Origin: the human T2T-CHM13v2.0 reference genome, Homo sapiens
Assembly (NCBI RefSeq): GCF_009914755.1
Contig: NC_060925.1
Reading direction: 5' to 3' (one strand)
Length of the DNA: 64,000 nucleotides
Below are positions 41,512 to 53,643 of the stretch, in pieces. A program made the position numbers and the translations under genes. The notes under the pieces are model-generated. The model had not been told where the DNA came from. It saw nothing but the letters and a program-made list of their open reading frames with translations, and searched no databases. Numbering within the stretch: the stretch's first letter is position 1; the number at the start of each line of letters is the position of its first letter.

Positions 41512-43673
41512 TGGTATGGTTTGGTTCTGTGTCCCCACTCAAATTGCATATCAAATTGTAATCTTTAATGTTGGAGGAGGGGCATGGTAAGAGATGATTG
41601 GGTCATGAGGCAGACTACCCTCTTGCTTTTCTCATGACAGTGAGTGAGTTCTCACAAGATCTGGTTGTTTAAAAGTGTGTAGCACTTCCTCATTAGCTCT
41701 ATCTCTCCGGCTCCGCACGTGACCATGTGCCTGCTTCCCCTTCACTTTCTGCCATAATTGTAAGTTTTCTGAGGTCTCCCAGCTATACTTCCTGTGTAGC
41801 TGGTGGAACTGTTAATTAAATTTTTTTCTTCATAAATTACCCAGTCTCAGATAGTTTTTTAAAGCAATGAGAAGACAGACCAATAGAAAATTGTTACCAT
41901 AGAAGTGAGTCATTGCTAAGTTTTTTAAAGCAAAGAGAGGACAAACCAACAGAAAATTGTTACCATAGAATTGGGGCATTGCTATAAAGACAATTGAAAA
42001 TGTTGATAGCGACTTTGTAACTGCATAATGGGCAGAGGTTGTAAGATTGGGGAGGGTTCAGAAAAAGAAAGATGAGAGAAAGTTTGGAGCTTCCTAGAGA
42101 GTGGTTGAATGGTTTTTACTAAACTGCTGATAGTGATACAAACAATGAAGTCCAGGCTGAGGTGGTATCAGATGGAGATGAGGAACTTATTAAGAACTGA
42201 AGCTAAGGTCACTTTTGTTATGCATGAGCAAAGACATGATCTGAAACTGAAACTTATATATAAAAGGGAAGCAGAGTGTAAAAGTTTGGAAAATTTACAG
42301 CCTGAGCACGTAGTAAAAAAGAAAAACTCATTTTCTGGAGAGAAATTCAAGCTAGCTGTAGAAATTTGCATATGTAAAGAGGAGCCAAATGTTGATAGCC
42401 AAGATAAAGGAGAAAATGCCTTCAAAGTATTTCAGAGAACTTTGCAGCAGCCTCTCCCATTACATACCAGGAGGTCTAGGAGGGAAGAATGGTTTTGTGG
42501 GCCAGACCCAAGGTCCCACTACTTTGTGCAGCCTCAAGACATGTCATCCTGCATTGCAACTGCTCAAGCTTCAGCCACTGCTAAAAGGGCCCAAGGTATA
42601 GCTTGGCCTGTTGCGTCAGAGCATACAAGCCATAAGCCTTGACAGCTTCCGTGTGGTTTAAAGCCTGTGGGTGTGCAGAGTGTGAGAAGTGAGTTTTGGG
42701 AGCCTCTACCTTAAAAAGGATGTATGGAAATCCCTGGATGTCCAGGAAAATGTCTGCTGCAGGAACAGAGCCCACTTAGAGAGTCTTTATCAGGGCAGTG
42801 AAGAAGGGAAATGTGGGGTTGGAGCCTCCACACAGTCTCCACTGGGACACTGCCTAATGGAGCTGTAAGAAAACAGCAACCATCCTTCAGGTCCCAGAAA
42901 GGTAGGTCCATTGACAGCTTGCGCCATGTGCATGGAAAAGCTGCAGGCACTCAATAACAGCCCTTGAAAGCAGCTGTGGGGACTGAACCCCAAAGAGCCA
43001 CAGGGGTGGAGATGCCCAATACCTTGGAAGCCCACCTTTTGCATCAGTGTGGCCTGGATGTGAGACATGGAGTCAAAGAAGATTATTTTGGAGCTTTAAT
43101 ATTTAATGACTGCCCTTGGATTTGCATGGGGCCTGTGGCCTCCTTTTTTAGCCAATTTACCCAACTCCTGTAACCCCATTATACCTTGGAGGCAATTAAC
43201 TTGTGTTTTATTTTACAGGCAAGTAGGCATAAGGGACTTGCCTTGTCTCAGATGAGACCTTGAACTTGGACTTTTGAGTTAAGCTGGAATGAGTTAAAAC
43301 TTTTAGGGGCTGTTGGGAAGGCATGATTGTGTTTTGAAATGTGAGAAGAACATGAGATTTCGGGGGGGCCAGGGGTAGAATAATATCGTTTGGCTTTGTG
43401 TCCCCACCTAAATCTCATTTAGAATTGTAATCCTCAATGTTGGAGGAGGAGCCTGGCGACAGGTGATTGAATCATGGGCCAGACATCCCCCTTGCTGTTC
43501 TCATGGTAGTGAGTGAGTTCTGATGAGATCTGATTGTTTAAAAGTGTGTAGCACTTTCTCCCTTTGCTCTCTCTCTCTCTCGCTTCACCATATGAAGATG
43601 TGCCTGCTTTCCCTTTGCCTTTCACCATGTTTGTGAGTTTCCTGAGGCCTCCTCTGCCATGTGTACTTTACAG
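41512..43673 (+). mobile_element. MSTA-like MaLR: 5' LTR (41512 to about 41885), internal region, first part of 3' LTR (from 43381)
   Basis: tggtatggtttgg start; internal ORF remnant KSLENLQPEHVVKKK (42109-42642); TSD tcagg (41507-41511) / acagg (51446-51450). Confidence 0.9.
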
Positions 43674-43704
43674 TGTTAGGCCTCTGAGCCCAAGCCTGCA
43701 TGTA
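43674..43704 (+). mobile_element. 31-bp stub of HERV-H 5' LTR (LTR7 family)
   Basis: tgttaggcctctgagcccaagcctgcatgta matches the start of the LTR at 50969; preceded by tacag, which is repeated at 51348-51352. Confidence 0.85.
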
Positions 43705-44070
43705 AGTCACAAGACTGTCATGTCACAGATACCCTCCCTATACTCAAAAGAGAAAAAATGTCCTTATCTCTGAAGACACAGGGACACAGAGTAAATTTTG
43801 TACAACCAGGTAAACTTCCTCTAGTTTGTTAGATTATATCACAACCTTTTTGTTCAATCATATTTCCTCACAATTACACACTTATTTATGAAACAGCATA
43901 AAAATACAAAGGTTTTATTGTTTCTTTGAGTCTGTGAAGGTTTCCAAGTCACATAAAACTTACATTAAATAAACATGTACATTATTGTCTTATTAATCTG
44001 TCTTTTATTATACGAGCCTCAGCAATAATCAGGCAAAGAATGAGAAAAAAATCATTTTTCATCCCTTACA
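43705..44070 (+). mobile_element. 3' part of a MER34/MER39-like LTR
   Basis: gtcacataaaacttacattaaataaa...ttaatctgtctttt...cctcagc...cccttaca end. Confidence 0.65.
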
Positions 44071-45120
44071 TAGTGTTATTATATTATTTTAAAGTAAATC
44101 TACCTAAATAAGTACTGCCTACATTCTATTGTTTGTGTTATGAAGTCAGCTGTCACTCTTTGAAATCAGTATGCCTTTTTGAATAAATGCTTTTAAAATT
44201 TTCTCTTTGCCTTTGGTTTTTAGACTTTACAATTATATATGTATATTTTTAAAATTGTTTTTGTTTTGTATTTGTTCTACTTGAAGATCAAAGATTCTCT
44301 TGAATCTGTGGCTAGATATCATCAGTTTTAAAAATATCTCAATCATTATCATCTGAAATATTTGTTCTTCTCTACTTATTCTTCTTTTCCTTGGGCACCA
44401 ATTATGCACCGTTTTTCCTGTTCAGCATACTTATATGTCTTATTCTTCTAACTTTCTATTATTTTATATATTTGCTTCAGTCAGGCAATTTTCTTCTGAC
44501 CCATATTACAGGTTAGCAATTACTCCTTCAGCTTCCTCTTATCCACTATTAAACCCTTTATTTCCATTTAATTCTTTTTCATTTTTTTAGTTATGTGCCA
44601 TTTTTTATCCTATTATTAATAACACCTTTTTAAAAGTCAAATGTGTGATTACTATTTGATCTCTTATAGGTCTGTTTTCATTGTTTCTTTTATTTTTTCT
44701 ATTAATATCTCATCAGCCCTCGCTTCCTTGTATGCTTCATTATTTTTTAAATTGCATTGTAGACATTGCAATAGAAATACTGTAAAGAAAATTTAATTCT
44801 CTGGATGGTGTTAACTTCCCCCAAAAGTATTTATCTTTTTATCCCATAAGACAGATAGGCTTGGATTGGATCACATTAATTCAGTCATGAATTGACAAGA
44901 TTCAAAGTGACTTCTTTACTTTTATGACTTCTTTACTCTATGTTGCCTTTCAGGGACCTATCCAAATATACTCCATTATTAACATAGCTTCTTCTCCTGG
45001 TCAAACTCTAAATTCCAAGTTTTGTCCACTCAGCCAAGTGAAATTGTCAAAGTGTTTCTTAACTTCTCAGCCATTTAGCACCACAATCAAAATGCAAATT
45101 CCACAGGTGAAAAAGTAATT
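44071..45120 (-). mobile_element. Old L1ME-like fragment (T-rich, ORF1/5' region antisense)
   Basis: gaagtcagctgtcactctt, ttaaaattttctctttgcctttggtttt, tcttgaatctgtgg motifs. Confidence 0.55.
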
Positions 45121-45124
45121 ACAG

Positions 45125-45643
45125 TGAACCCTCTTGGGCACTCTCTAATTGGATGTCCTGGGTCCTCCCAATTCTTAGTCCTTTAATACCTCTTTTCTCC
45201 TTCTCTTATTCAGACCCTGTGTCTTCCATTTAGTTTCTCAATTCATGCAAAACCATATCCAGGACAACACCAATCATTCTATACAACAAATGCTCCTTCT
45301 AACAACCCCACCATATCACCTCTTACAACAAAAATTTCCTTCAGCTTGATCTCTCTCACTCTAGGTTCCCATTGCCACCCCTAATCCCACTGGAAGCAAC
45401 CCTGAGAAACATCACCCATTATCTCTCCATACCACCCCCAAAAAAATTTTCGCTGCCCCAACACTTCAATACTATTTAATGTTATTTTTCTTATTTATAT
45501 AAGAAGACAGGAATGTCAGGCCTCTGAGCCCAAGCTAAGTCATCATATACCCTGTGACCTCCATGAATACATCCAGATGGCTTGAAGTAAGTGAAGAATC
45601 ACAAAAGAAGTGAAAATGGCCAGTTCCTGCTTTAACTGATGAC
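45125..45643 (+). mobile_element. Extra HERV-H 3' internal end, polypurine tract and first 130 bp of a different LTR7 variant
   Basis: 45125-45513 aligns to 50580-50968 with scattered mismatches; LTR from 45514 carries gctaagtcatcatataccctgtgacc, absent from the 3' LTR. Confidence 0.9.
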
Positions 45644-48600
45644 CTCTGACGTTTCAGAGGTGTCTGATCAGAGGGACGCCTGCCTTGATCCTTCACCCGT
45701 GGTGGCAAGCACCACTTTCCTGGGGACAAGCACCCCCCACCAATTATCTCCGAGTCTCTACCCTCTCTTTTATCTGGGCTTACCTCCTTCACTATAGGCA
45801 ACCTTCCACCCTCCATTCCTCCTTCTTCTCCCTTAGCCTGTGTTCTCAAGAACTTAAAACCTCTTCAACTCACATGTGACCTAAAACCTAAACACCTTAT
45901 TTTCTTCTGCAATACCACTTGACCCCAATACAAACTCGACAGTGGTTCCAAATAGCCAAAAAACAGCAGTTTTGATTTCTCCATCCTACAAGATCTAGAT
46001 AATTCTTGTCGTAAAATGGGTAAATCGTCTGAGGTGCCTGACATCCAGGCATTCTTTTACACACCAGTACCTCCCTAGTTTCTGTTCCCAGTGAAACTTA
46101 TCCCAAATCTTCCTTCTTTCCCTTCTGCCTGTCCCCTCAGTCCCAACCCCAAGCATCGCTGAGTCTTTTCAGTCTTCCTTTTCTACCAACGCATCTGACC
46201 TTTCCCCTCCTCCCCAGACTGTTCCTCAGGTCAGTCCCTGCCAGGCTGAATCAGGCTCCAATTCTTCCTGAGCCTATAATTCTCCCCCACTCTACAATCC
46301 TTCTATCACCTCCCCTCCTCACACCCAGTCCAGCTTACGGTTTCATTCTACAACTAGCTCTCCCCCACCTGCCCAACAATTTCCTCTTAAAGGTGGCTGG
46401 AGCTAAAGGCATAGTCAAGGTTAATGCTCCTTTTTCTTTATCTGACCTCTCCCAAATCAGTTAGCATTTAAACTCTTTTTCATCAAATGTAAAAACCGAG
46501 CCCCTTTCATGGATCATTTGGCAGCAACCCTTAGGCACTTTACAGCCCTAGACCCTAAAAGGTCAGAAGGCCATCTTATTTTCAATATGCATTTTATTAC
46601 CCAATCTGCTCCAAACATTAAATAAAACTACAAAAATTAAATTCTGGCCCTCAGACCCCACAACAGGACTTAATTAACCTTGCTTTCAAGGTGTACAATA
46701 ATAGAGAAGGGTTACAATTACTTGCCTCCACTGTGAGAGAAACCCCAGCCACATCTCCAGCACATAAGAACTTCAAAATGCCCAAGCCACACATGCCTAA
46801 GCTGCAGCAGTCAAGCATTCCTACAGGACCTCCTCCATCAGGCCCTTGCTTCAAGTGCCAGAAATCTGGCCACTGAGCCAAGGAATGCCCGCAGCCTGGG
46901 ATTCCTCCTAAGCTGTGTCCATCTGTATGGGACCCCACTGGAAATCGGACTGCCCAACTTGCCCGGCAGCCACTCCCAGAGCTCCTGGAACTCTGGCCCA
47001 AGGTTCTCTGAGTGACTCCTTCCCAGATCTTCTCGGCTTAGAGGCTGAAGACTGACGCTGCCTGATCACCTCAGAAACCTCCTGGACCATCACAGATGCT
47101 TTCCGTAACTCTTACACTGGAGGGTAAGTCTGTCCTCTTCTTAACAGGGAGGCTACCCACTCCATATTACCTTCTCTCCAAGGACCTGTTTCCCTTGCCT
47201 CCATAACTGTTGTAGTTATTGATGACCAGGCTTCTACACCTCTTAAAACTCCCCAACACTGATGCCAACTTACGCACTCCTTTTTAGTTACCCTCACCTG
47301 CCCAGCTCCCTTATTATGTCGAGACATTTTAAGTAAATTATCTGCTTCCCTGACTATTCCTAGGCTACAGCCACACCTCATTCCTGCCCTTTTCCCCAGT
47401 TCAAAGCCTCCTTCTCATCCTCCCCTTGTATCTCCCCACCTTAATCCACAAGTATGAGACACCTCTACTTCCACCTTAGTGACTGATCATGCACCCCTTT
47501 TCATACCATTAAAACCTAATCACCCTTACCCCTCTCAATGCCAATATTCTATCCCACAGCATGCTTTAAAAGGATTAAAGCCCGTTATCACTTGCCTGTT
47601 ACAGCATGGCTTTTTAAAGCCTATAAACTCTCCTTACTATTCCCCATTTTACCTGTCAAAAAACTGGACAAGTCTTACAAGTTACTTCAGGATTTGCACC
47701 TTATCAACAAAATTGCTTTGCCTATCCACCCCATGGTGCCAAACCCACATACTCTCCTATCCTCAATACCTCCCTCCACAACCCATTATTCTGTTCTGCA
47801 ACGCAAACATGCTTTCTTTACTATTCCTTTGCACCCTTCATCCCAGACTCTCTTTGCTTTCACTTAGACTGACCCTGACACCCATCAGGCTCAGCAAATT
47901 ACTTGGGCTGTACTGCCTCAAGGCTTCACAGACAGCCCCCATTACTTCAGTCAAGCCGAAATTTCTTCTTCATCTGTTAGTTATCTCAGAATAATTCTTC
48001 ATGAAAACACACATGCTCTCCCTGCTGATCAAGTTCTGGCTAATCTCCCAAACCCCAACCCCTTCTACAAAACAACTCCTTTCCTTCCTGGGCATGGTTG
48101 GATACTTTGGCCTTTGGATACCCGGTTTTGCCATCCTAACAATACCATTATATAAGCTCACAAAAGGAAATCTAGCTGACCCCATAGATCCTAAATCCTT
48201 TTCCCATTTCTCTTTCCATTCCTTGAAGACAGCTTTAGAGACTGCTCCCACAATAACTCTCCCTGACTTATCCCAACCCTTTTCATTACACACAGCCAAA
48301 GTGCAGGGCTGTGCAGTCAGAATTCTTACACAAGGGCTGGAACCATGCCCTGTAGCCTTTTTGTCCAAACAACTTGACTTTACTATTTTAGGCTGGCCGT
48401 CATGTCTCCATGCGGCAGCTGCACCATGCGGCAGCTGCCACCACCCTAATACTTTTAGAGACCCTCAAAATCACAAACTATTCTCAACTCACTTTCTACA
48501 GTTCTCATAACTTACAAAATCTATTTTCTTCCTCACACCTGATGCATATACTTTCTGCTCCCCGGCTCCTTCAGCTATACTTACTGTTTGTTGAGTCCCC

Positions 48601-50968
48601 CACAATTACCATTGTTCCTGGCCTGGACTTCAATCCGGCCTCCTACAATATTCTGGATACCACACTTGACCCCCATGACTGTATCCCTCTGATCCACCTG
48701 GCATTTACTCCATTTCCCCATATTTCCTTCTCCAGGCCTAATCTCACTCACCAGCAAAGGCAGGTTATGCTACAGTATCTTCCACATCTATCATTGAGGC
48801 TACTACTCTGCTCCCCTCCACTACCTCTCAGCAAGCCGAACTCATTTCCTTAACTTGGGCCCTCATTTTTGCAAAGGGACTACACATCAATATTTATACT
48901 TACTCTAAAGACGCCTCCCATATCCTGCAGCACCATGCTGTTATATAGGCTGAAAGAGGTTTCCTCACTATGCAAGAGTCCTCCTTCATTAATGCCTCTT
49001 TAATAAAAACTCTTCTCAAGGCCGCTTCACTTCCAAAGGAAGCTGGAGTCATTCACTGCAAAGGCCATCAAAAGGCATCAGATCCCATTGCTCAGGGCAA
49101 CGCTTATGCTGATAAGGTAGCCAAAAAAGCAGTTAGCATTCCAACTTCTGCCCCTCATGGCCAGTTTTTCTCCTTCTCATCGGTCACTCCCACCTACTTC
49201 CCTACTGAAACTTCCACCATCAATCTCTTCCCACACAAGGCAAATGGTTCTCGAACCAAGGAAAATATCTCCTTCCAGCCTCACAGGCCCATTCTATTCT
49301 GTCATCATTCCATAACCTCTTCCATGTAGGTTATAAGCAGCTAGCCCGCCTCTTAGAACGTCTCATTTCCTTTCCATTGTGGAAATCTATCCTCAAGGAA
49401 ATAACTTCTCAGTGTTCCATCTGCTATTCTACTACTCCTCAGGGATTGTTCAGGCCCCCTCCCTTCCCTATACATCAAGCTCGGGGATTTCCCCTGCCCA
49501 GGACTGGCAACTTTACTTTACACACATGCCCCAAGTCAGGAAACTAAAATATCTCTTGGTCTGGGTAGACACTTTCACTGGATAGGTAAAGGCTTTTCCC
49601 ACAGGATCTGAGAATGGTGGCCCATGGTCATTTCTTACCTTCTGTCAGACATAATTCCTCGTTTTGGCCTTCCCACCTCTATAGAGTCTGATGACAGACA
49701 GGCCTTTACTAGTCAAATCACCCAAGCAGTTTCTCAGGCTCTTGGTATTCAGTGGAACCTTCATACTTCTTACTGTCCTCAATCTTCAGGAAAGGTAAAA
49801 CGGACTAATGTTCTTTTAAAAACACACCTCACCTAGCTCAGTCTGCAACTTAAAAAGGACTGGACAATACTTTTACCACTTTCCCTTCTCAGAATTTGGG
49901 CCTGTCCTCGGGATACTACCAGGTACAGCCCATTTGAGCTCCTGTATGAACGCTCCTTTTCATTAGGCCCCAGTCTCATTCCAGACACCAGCCCAACTTG
50001 AACTGTGCCCCCAAAACTTGTCATCCCTACTATCTTCCATCTAGTCATATTCCTATTCACTGTTCTCAACTACTCATAAATGCCCTGCCCTTGTTTATGC
50101 TGCCAGTTTACACTGTTTCTCCAAGCTATCACAGCTAATATCTTCTGGTGCTATCCCCAAACCACCAATCTTCACTCCCTCTTAGAGTAGATAGATGATC
50201 TTTGCTGACAGGGTACACTCCAATACTTTCACCCTGATGAAGTCCTATTCTTTACTTTCATACTCAGTCTTATTCTCATTCCCATTCTTATGCCACCCTG
50301 TACCTCTCCCCAGCTATCTCCACCACACTATCAATGCCACTCGCTGTCTCCTAGCTGTTTCTAGTCATTCTTTAATAAACATTTTCTGGCTTTGCATTTC
50401 TCTTTTCTCCAAAATTGCCAAGGCCTCGACTTACTCACTGCTAAAGAAAAGGGGACTCTGTGTATTTTTAAATGAAAAGTGTTGTTTTTACCTAAATCAA
50501 TCTGGCCTGGTATATGACAACATAAAAAAAAACTCAAGGATAGAGCCTAAAAACTTGCCAACCAAGCAAGTAATTATGCTGAACCCCCTTAGACACTCCC
50601 TAATTGGATATCCTGGATCCTCCCAATTCTTAGTCCTTTAATACCTGTTTTTCTCCTTCTCTTATTCAGACCTTGTGTCTTCTGTTTAATTTCTCAATTC
50701 ATACAAAACCGTATCCAGGCCATCACCAATCATTCTATATGACAAATGTTTCTTCTAACAACCCCACAATATCACCCCTTGCCACAAAATCTTCCTTCAG
50801 CTTAATCTCTGCCACTCTAAGTTCCCACATGGCCCCTAATCCCACTCGAAGCAGCCCTGAGAAACATCGCCCATTATCTCTCCATACCACCCCCAAAAAA
50901 TTTTTCGCTGCCTCAACACTTCAATACTATTTTATGTTATTTTTCTTATTAATATAAAAAGACAGGAA
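45644..50968 (+). pseudogene. HERV-H internal region (leader, gag, pro, pol, env remnant), defective
   Basis: Zinc knuckle CFKCQKSGH*AKEC near 46850; RT KHAFFTIPLHP; RNase H VIHCKGHQ; integrase WVDTFTG and PQSSGKVKR; env TM remnant GLCVFLNEKCCFYLNQSG. Confidence 0.93.
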
Positions 50969-51347
50969 TGTCAGGCCTCTGTGCCCAAGCCTGCACATAT
51001 ACATCTAGATGGCCTGAAGCAAGTGAAGAATCACAGAAGAAGTGAAAATGGCCAGTTCCTACCTTAACTGATGACATTACCCTGTGAAATTGCTTCTTCT
51101 GGCTCAGAAGCTCCCCCACTGAGCACCTTGTGACTCCTGCCCCTGTCTGCCAGAGAACAACCCCCTTTGAGTGTAATTTTCCACTACCTACCCAAATCCT
51201 ATAAAATGGCCCTACCCCATCTCCCTTCACTGACCCCATAGATCCTAAATCCTTTCAGACTCAGCCCACCTGCACCTAGGTGATTAAAAATATTTATTGC
51301 TCACACAAAGCCTGTTTGGTGATCTCTTCACATGGACACCTGCGACA
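50969..51347 (+). mobile_element. HERV-H 3' LTR (LTR7 family)
   Basis: tgtcaggcctct start after gacaggaa; TATA cctataaaa; attaaa signal; ends tgcgaca followed by TSD tacag. Confidence 0.93.
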
Positions 51348-51445
51348 TACAGCTTGCACAACTGTGAATCAATTAAATCATTTTTGTTCATAAATTACCC
51401 AGTCTTAGGCAGTTACTCACAGCATTGCAAGAAGAGACTAATACA
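51348..51445 (+). mobile_element. Remainder of the MSTA 3' LTR
   Basis: actgtgaatcaattaaa...ataaattacccagtc...gactaataca. Confidence 0.88.
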
Positions 51446-51450
51446 ACAGG

Positions 51451-53591
51451 AAACAGAGGAAAAGTCTGAGAGAGCCGCAGAATCATCAGCTGTGCTAATT
51501 GGTGAAGATGTTTCTTTCCAATAGCCAGTCAGTAAAAACTGCTTCTTCAAACGTGAAGACAGCAGTGTAAGATTTCAAGGAAAACAAAAAAATCAAGGCA
51601 GCATGACACCACCAAGGAAACTCAATAACATTCCAGTAATTTCTCCCAAAGAATTGGGTATCTAAAAATTTCCTGGGAAAAAATTAAAACGATTATGTTA
51701 AGGAAGCTCAGTGAATTACAGAAAAGAAAACAAACAAATAAAAAACAGATAAACAATTAAAAGAACCAGAAAATACATAAACAGAAGGAGAGATTCAATA
51801 AAGAGATATAAATTATTTTTAAGAAAAAAATCCAAGCAAATTCTGGAGCTGAAGAATAAAAAATATTAAAAACGCTATAGCGCATATAAGTAATGGACTT
51901 GGTAAACCAAAAAAAAAAAAATTCTGTGAAATCTGTTACAGATTGTTCAAAAATACACAGTCAGAAGCAAAAAATAAAAATAAATAAAGAATAAATATGG
52001 GATTTGTGAGACACCACCAAGAGAACTAATTTTTACATTTTGGAAATTTCAGAAAGAATAAGTAGGTGGGAGGAAGAAAGTTTTATTTAAATAAATGACA
52101 GCTGAAAACTTCCCAAATCTGGAGACGGGTACAACCCTCTTAATGAAGCTCAAGTAACTATGAACAGCTTAACTCAAAGGAGGCTTTACCAAGACACATT
52201 ACAAACTTTCCAAAATCAAAGACAGAAAAAATTTTAAAGCATCAGAGAAAAGAATACACAAAGGTATTCTTGTAAGATTTCTTAGCAAAGTACCTTACTG
52301 TCCAGATTAGGGTGGGATAATATATTCTAAGTGCTGAGAAAACCCTCCCCAAAATAAAAACCATCACCCAATATTTTAGGCAAAAAAAAGTTTCCTTTAG
52401 AAATAGAAAAGACTTATCCAGACAAACAAAGGTTGAAGGACTTGCTCATGAATAGGCCTGCCTTTCAAATAGTAAAAAAGGAATTTATTCAAGCCAAAAC
52501 AAAAGGACACTAATTAGTAACATAAAAAATACTTGTAAAGATAAATTAATAATCAAATTCACAATACTCCAAAACTACCAAGGAGGTGTATAAATTACTT
52601 AGAACTTAAGCATAAAGCTTAAAATAGGAAATATTAAAATAACTATAACTATAATTTTTAAAGGTTACACAATTTAAAAATATAAATTGTAACATTAAAA
52701 ATATCAAATATGTAGAGGAAGTTAAAGTATAGAATTTTTGTATGCAAGCTAATTTTATTTGTTATCAACTTAACAGAGCCTTATAATTAAAAAATACTTT
52801 CTGTAAACCTCATAATATATAAAAAGCAAAAACTCATAGTAGCTACATAAAGGATAAAGAGGAAATAATCAAAGCATACCATTATAGAAAATAATCAAAT
52901 CACATATGATAACAGGAAGAAAGGAACAAAGGATCTACAAAACAGCTAAGAAACAAAGTGACAATAGTTAATCCTTATCTAACAATATTATAAATGTAAA
53001 TAGACTAATGTCTCCAATAAAAAGACAGAGTGGATAGATGGATTAAAAATAGAGAAAAACAAGCCCCCATTATATGCTGCAGACAAGAGATTTATGTCAT
53101 CTTTATAAACTCATCTAGATTGAAAGAGAAGGACTAGAAATAGACATTTCATGCATAATTTAACCAAGACAGCAGGGGTTACTATGCTTATATCAGAAAA
53201 ATAAACTTTAGTCTAAAACAGTAAAGAGATGAATGAAGTTATTATATAGTGACTAGAGAGTAAATCATCAAGAGGTTTTAACAATTCTCCCTCTCTCTGC
53301 CTCCCTCTCTTTCTCCCTCTTCATTCTTTCTTTCTATATATATCCATATATATATCCTTTTATATGTATACGTGCATATAAAATGTATATTATGTGTAAG
53401 CATAATTTATTTACATATAAATGTATATGTAATATCCATATATAATTTATATAAAAACAGCAAAAAGATTAACAAAACTGAATTGCTTCTCTTTTAACAA
53501 GATAAACAAAATTGACTAACCTTTAAGTAGACTAAGGTAAAGGGAGAGAAGACTCAAATTTAAAAGATCGGAAATGAAATGAAATATATAA

Positions 53592-53643
<52 letters not shown>

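Noticed and set aside
42109-42642. 177-aa ORF in the MST internal region as a domesticated gene
   Set aside because: It is a remnant of the known MaLR internal ORF, with a paralogous remnant at 32331-32756; its N-terminal part appears out of frame and there is no sign of preservation.
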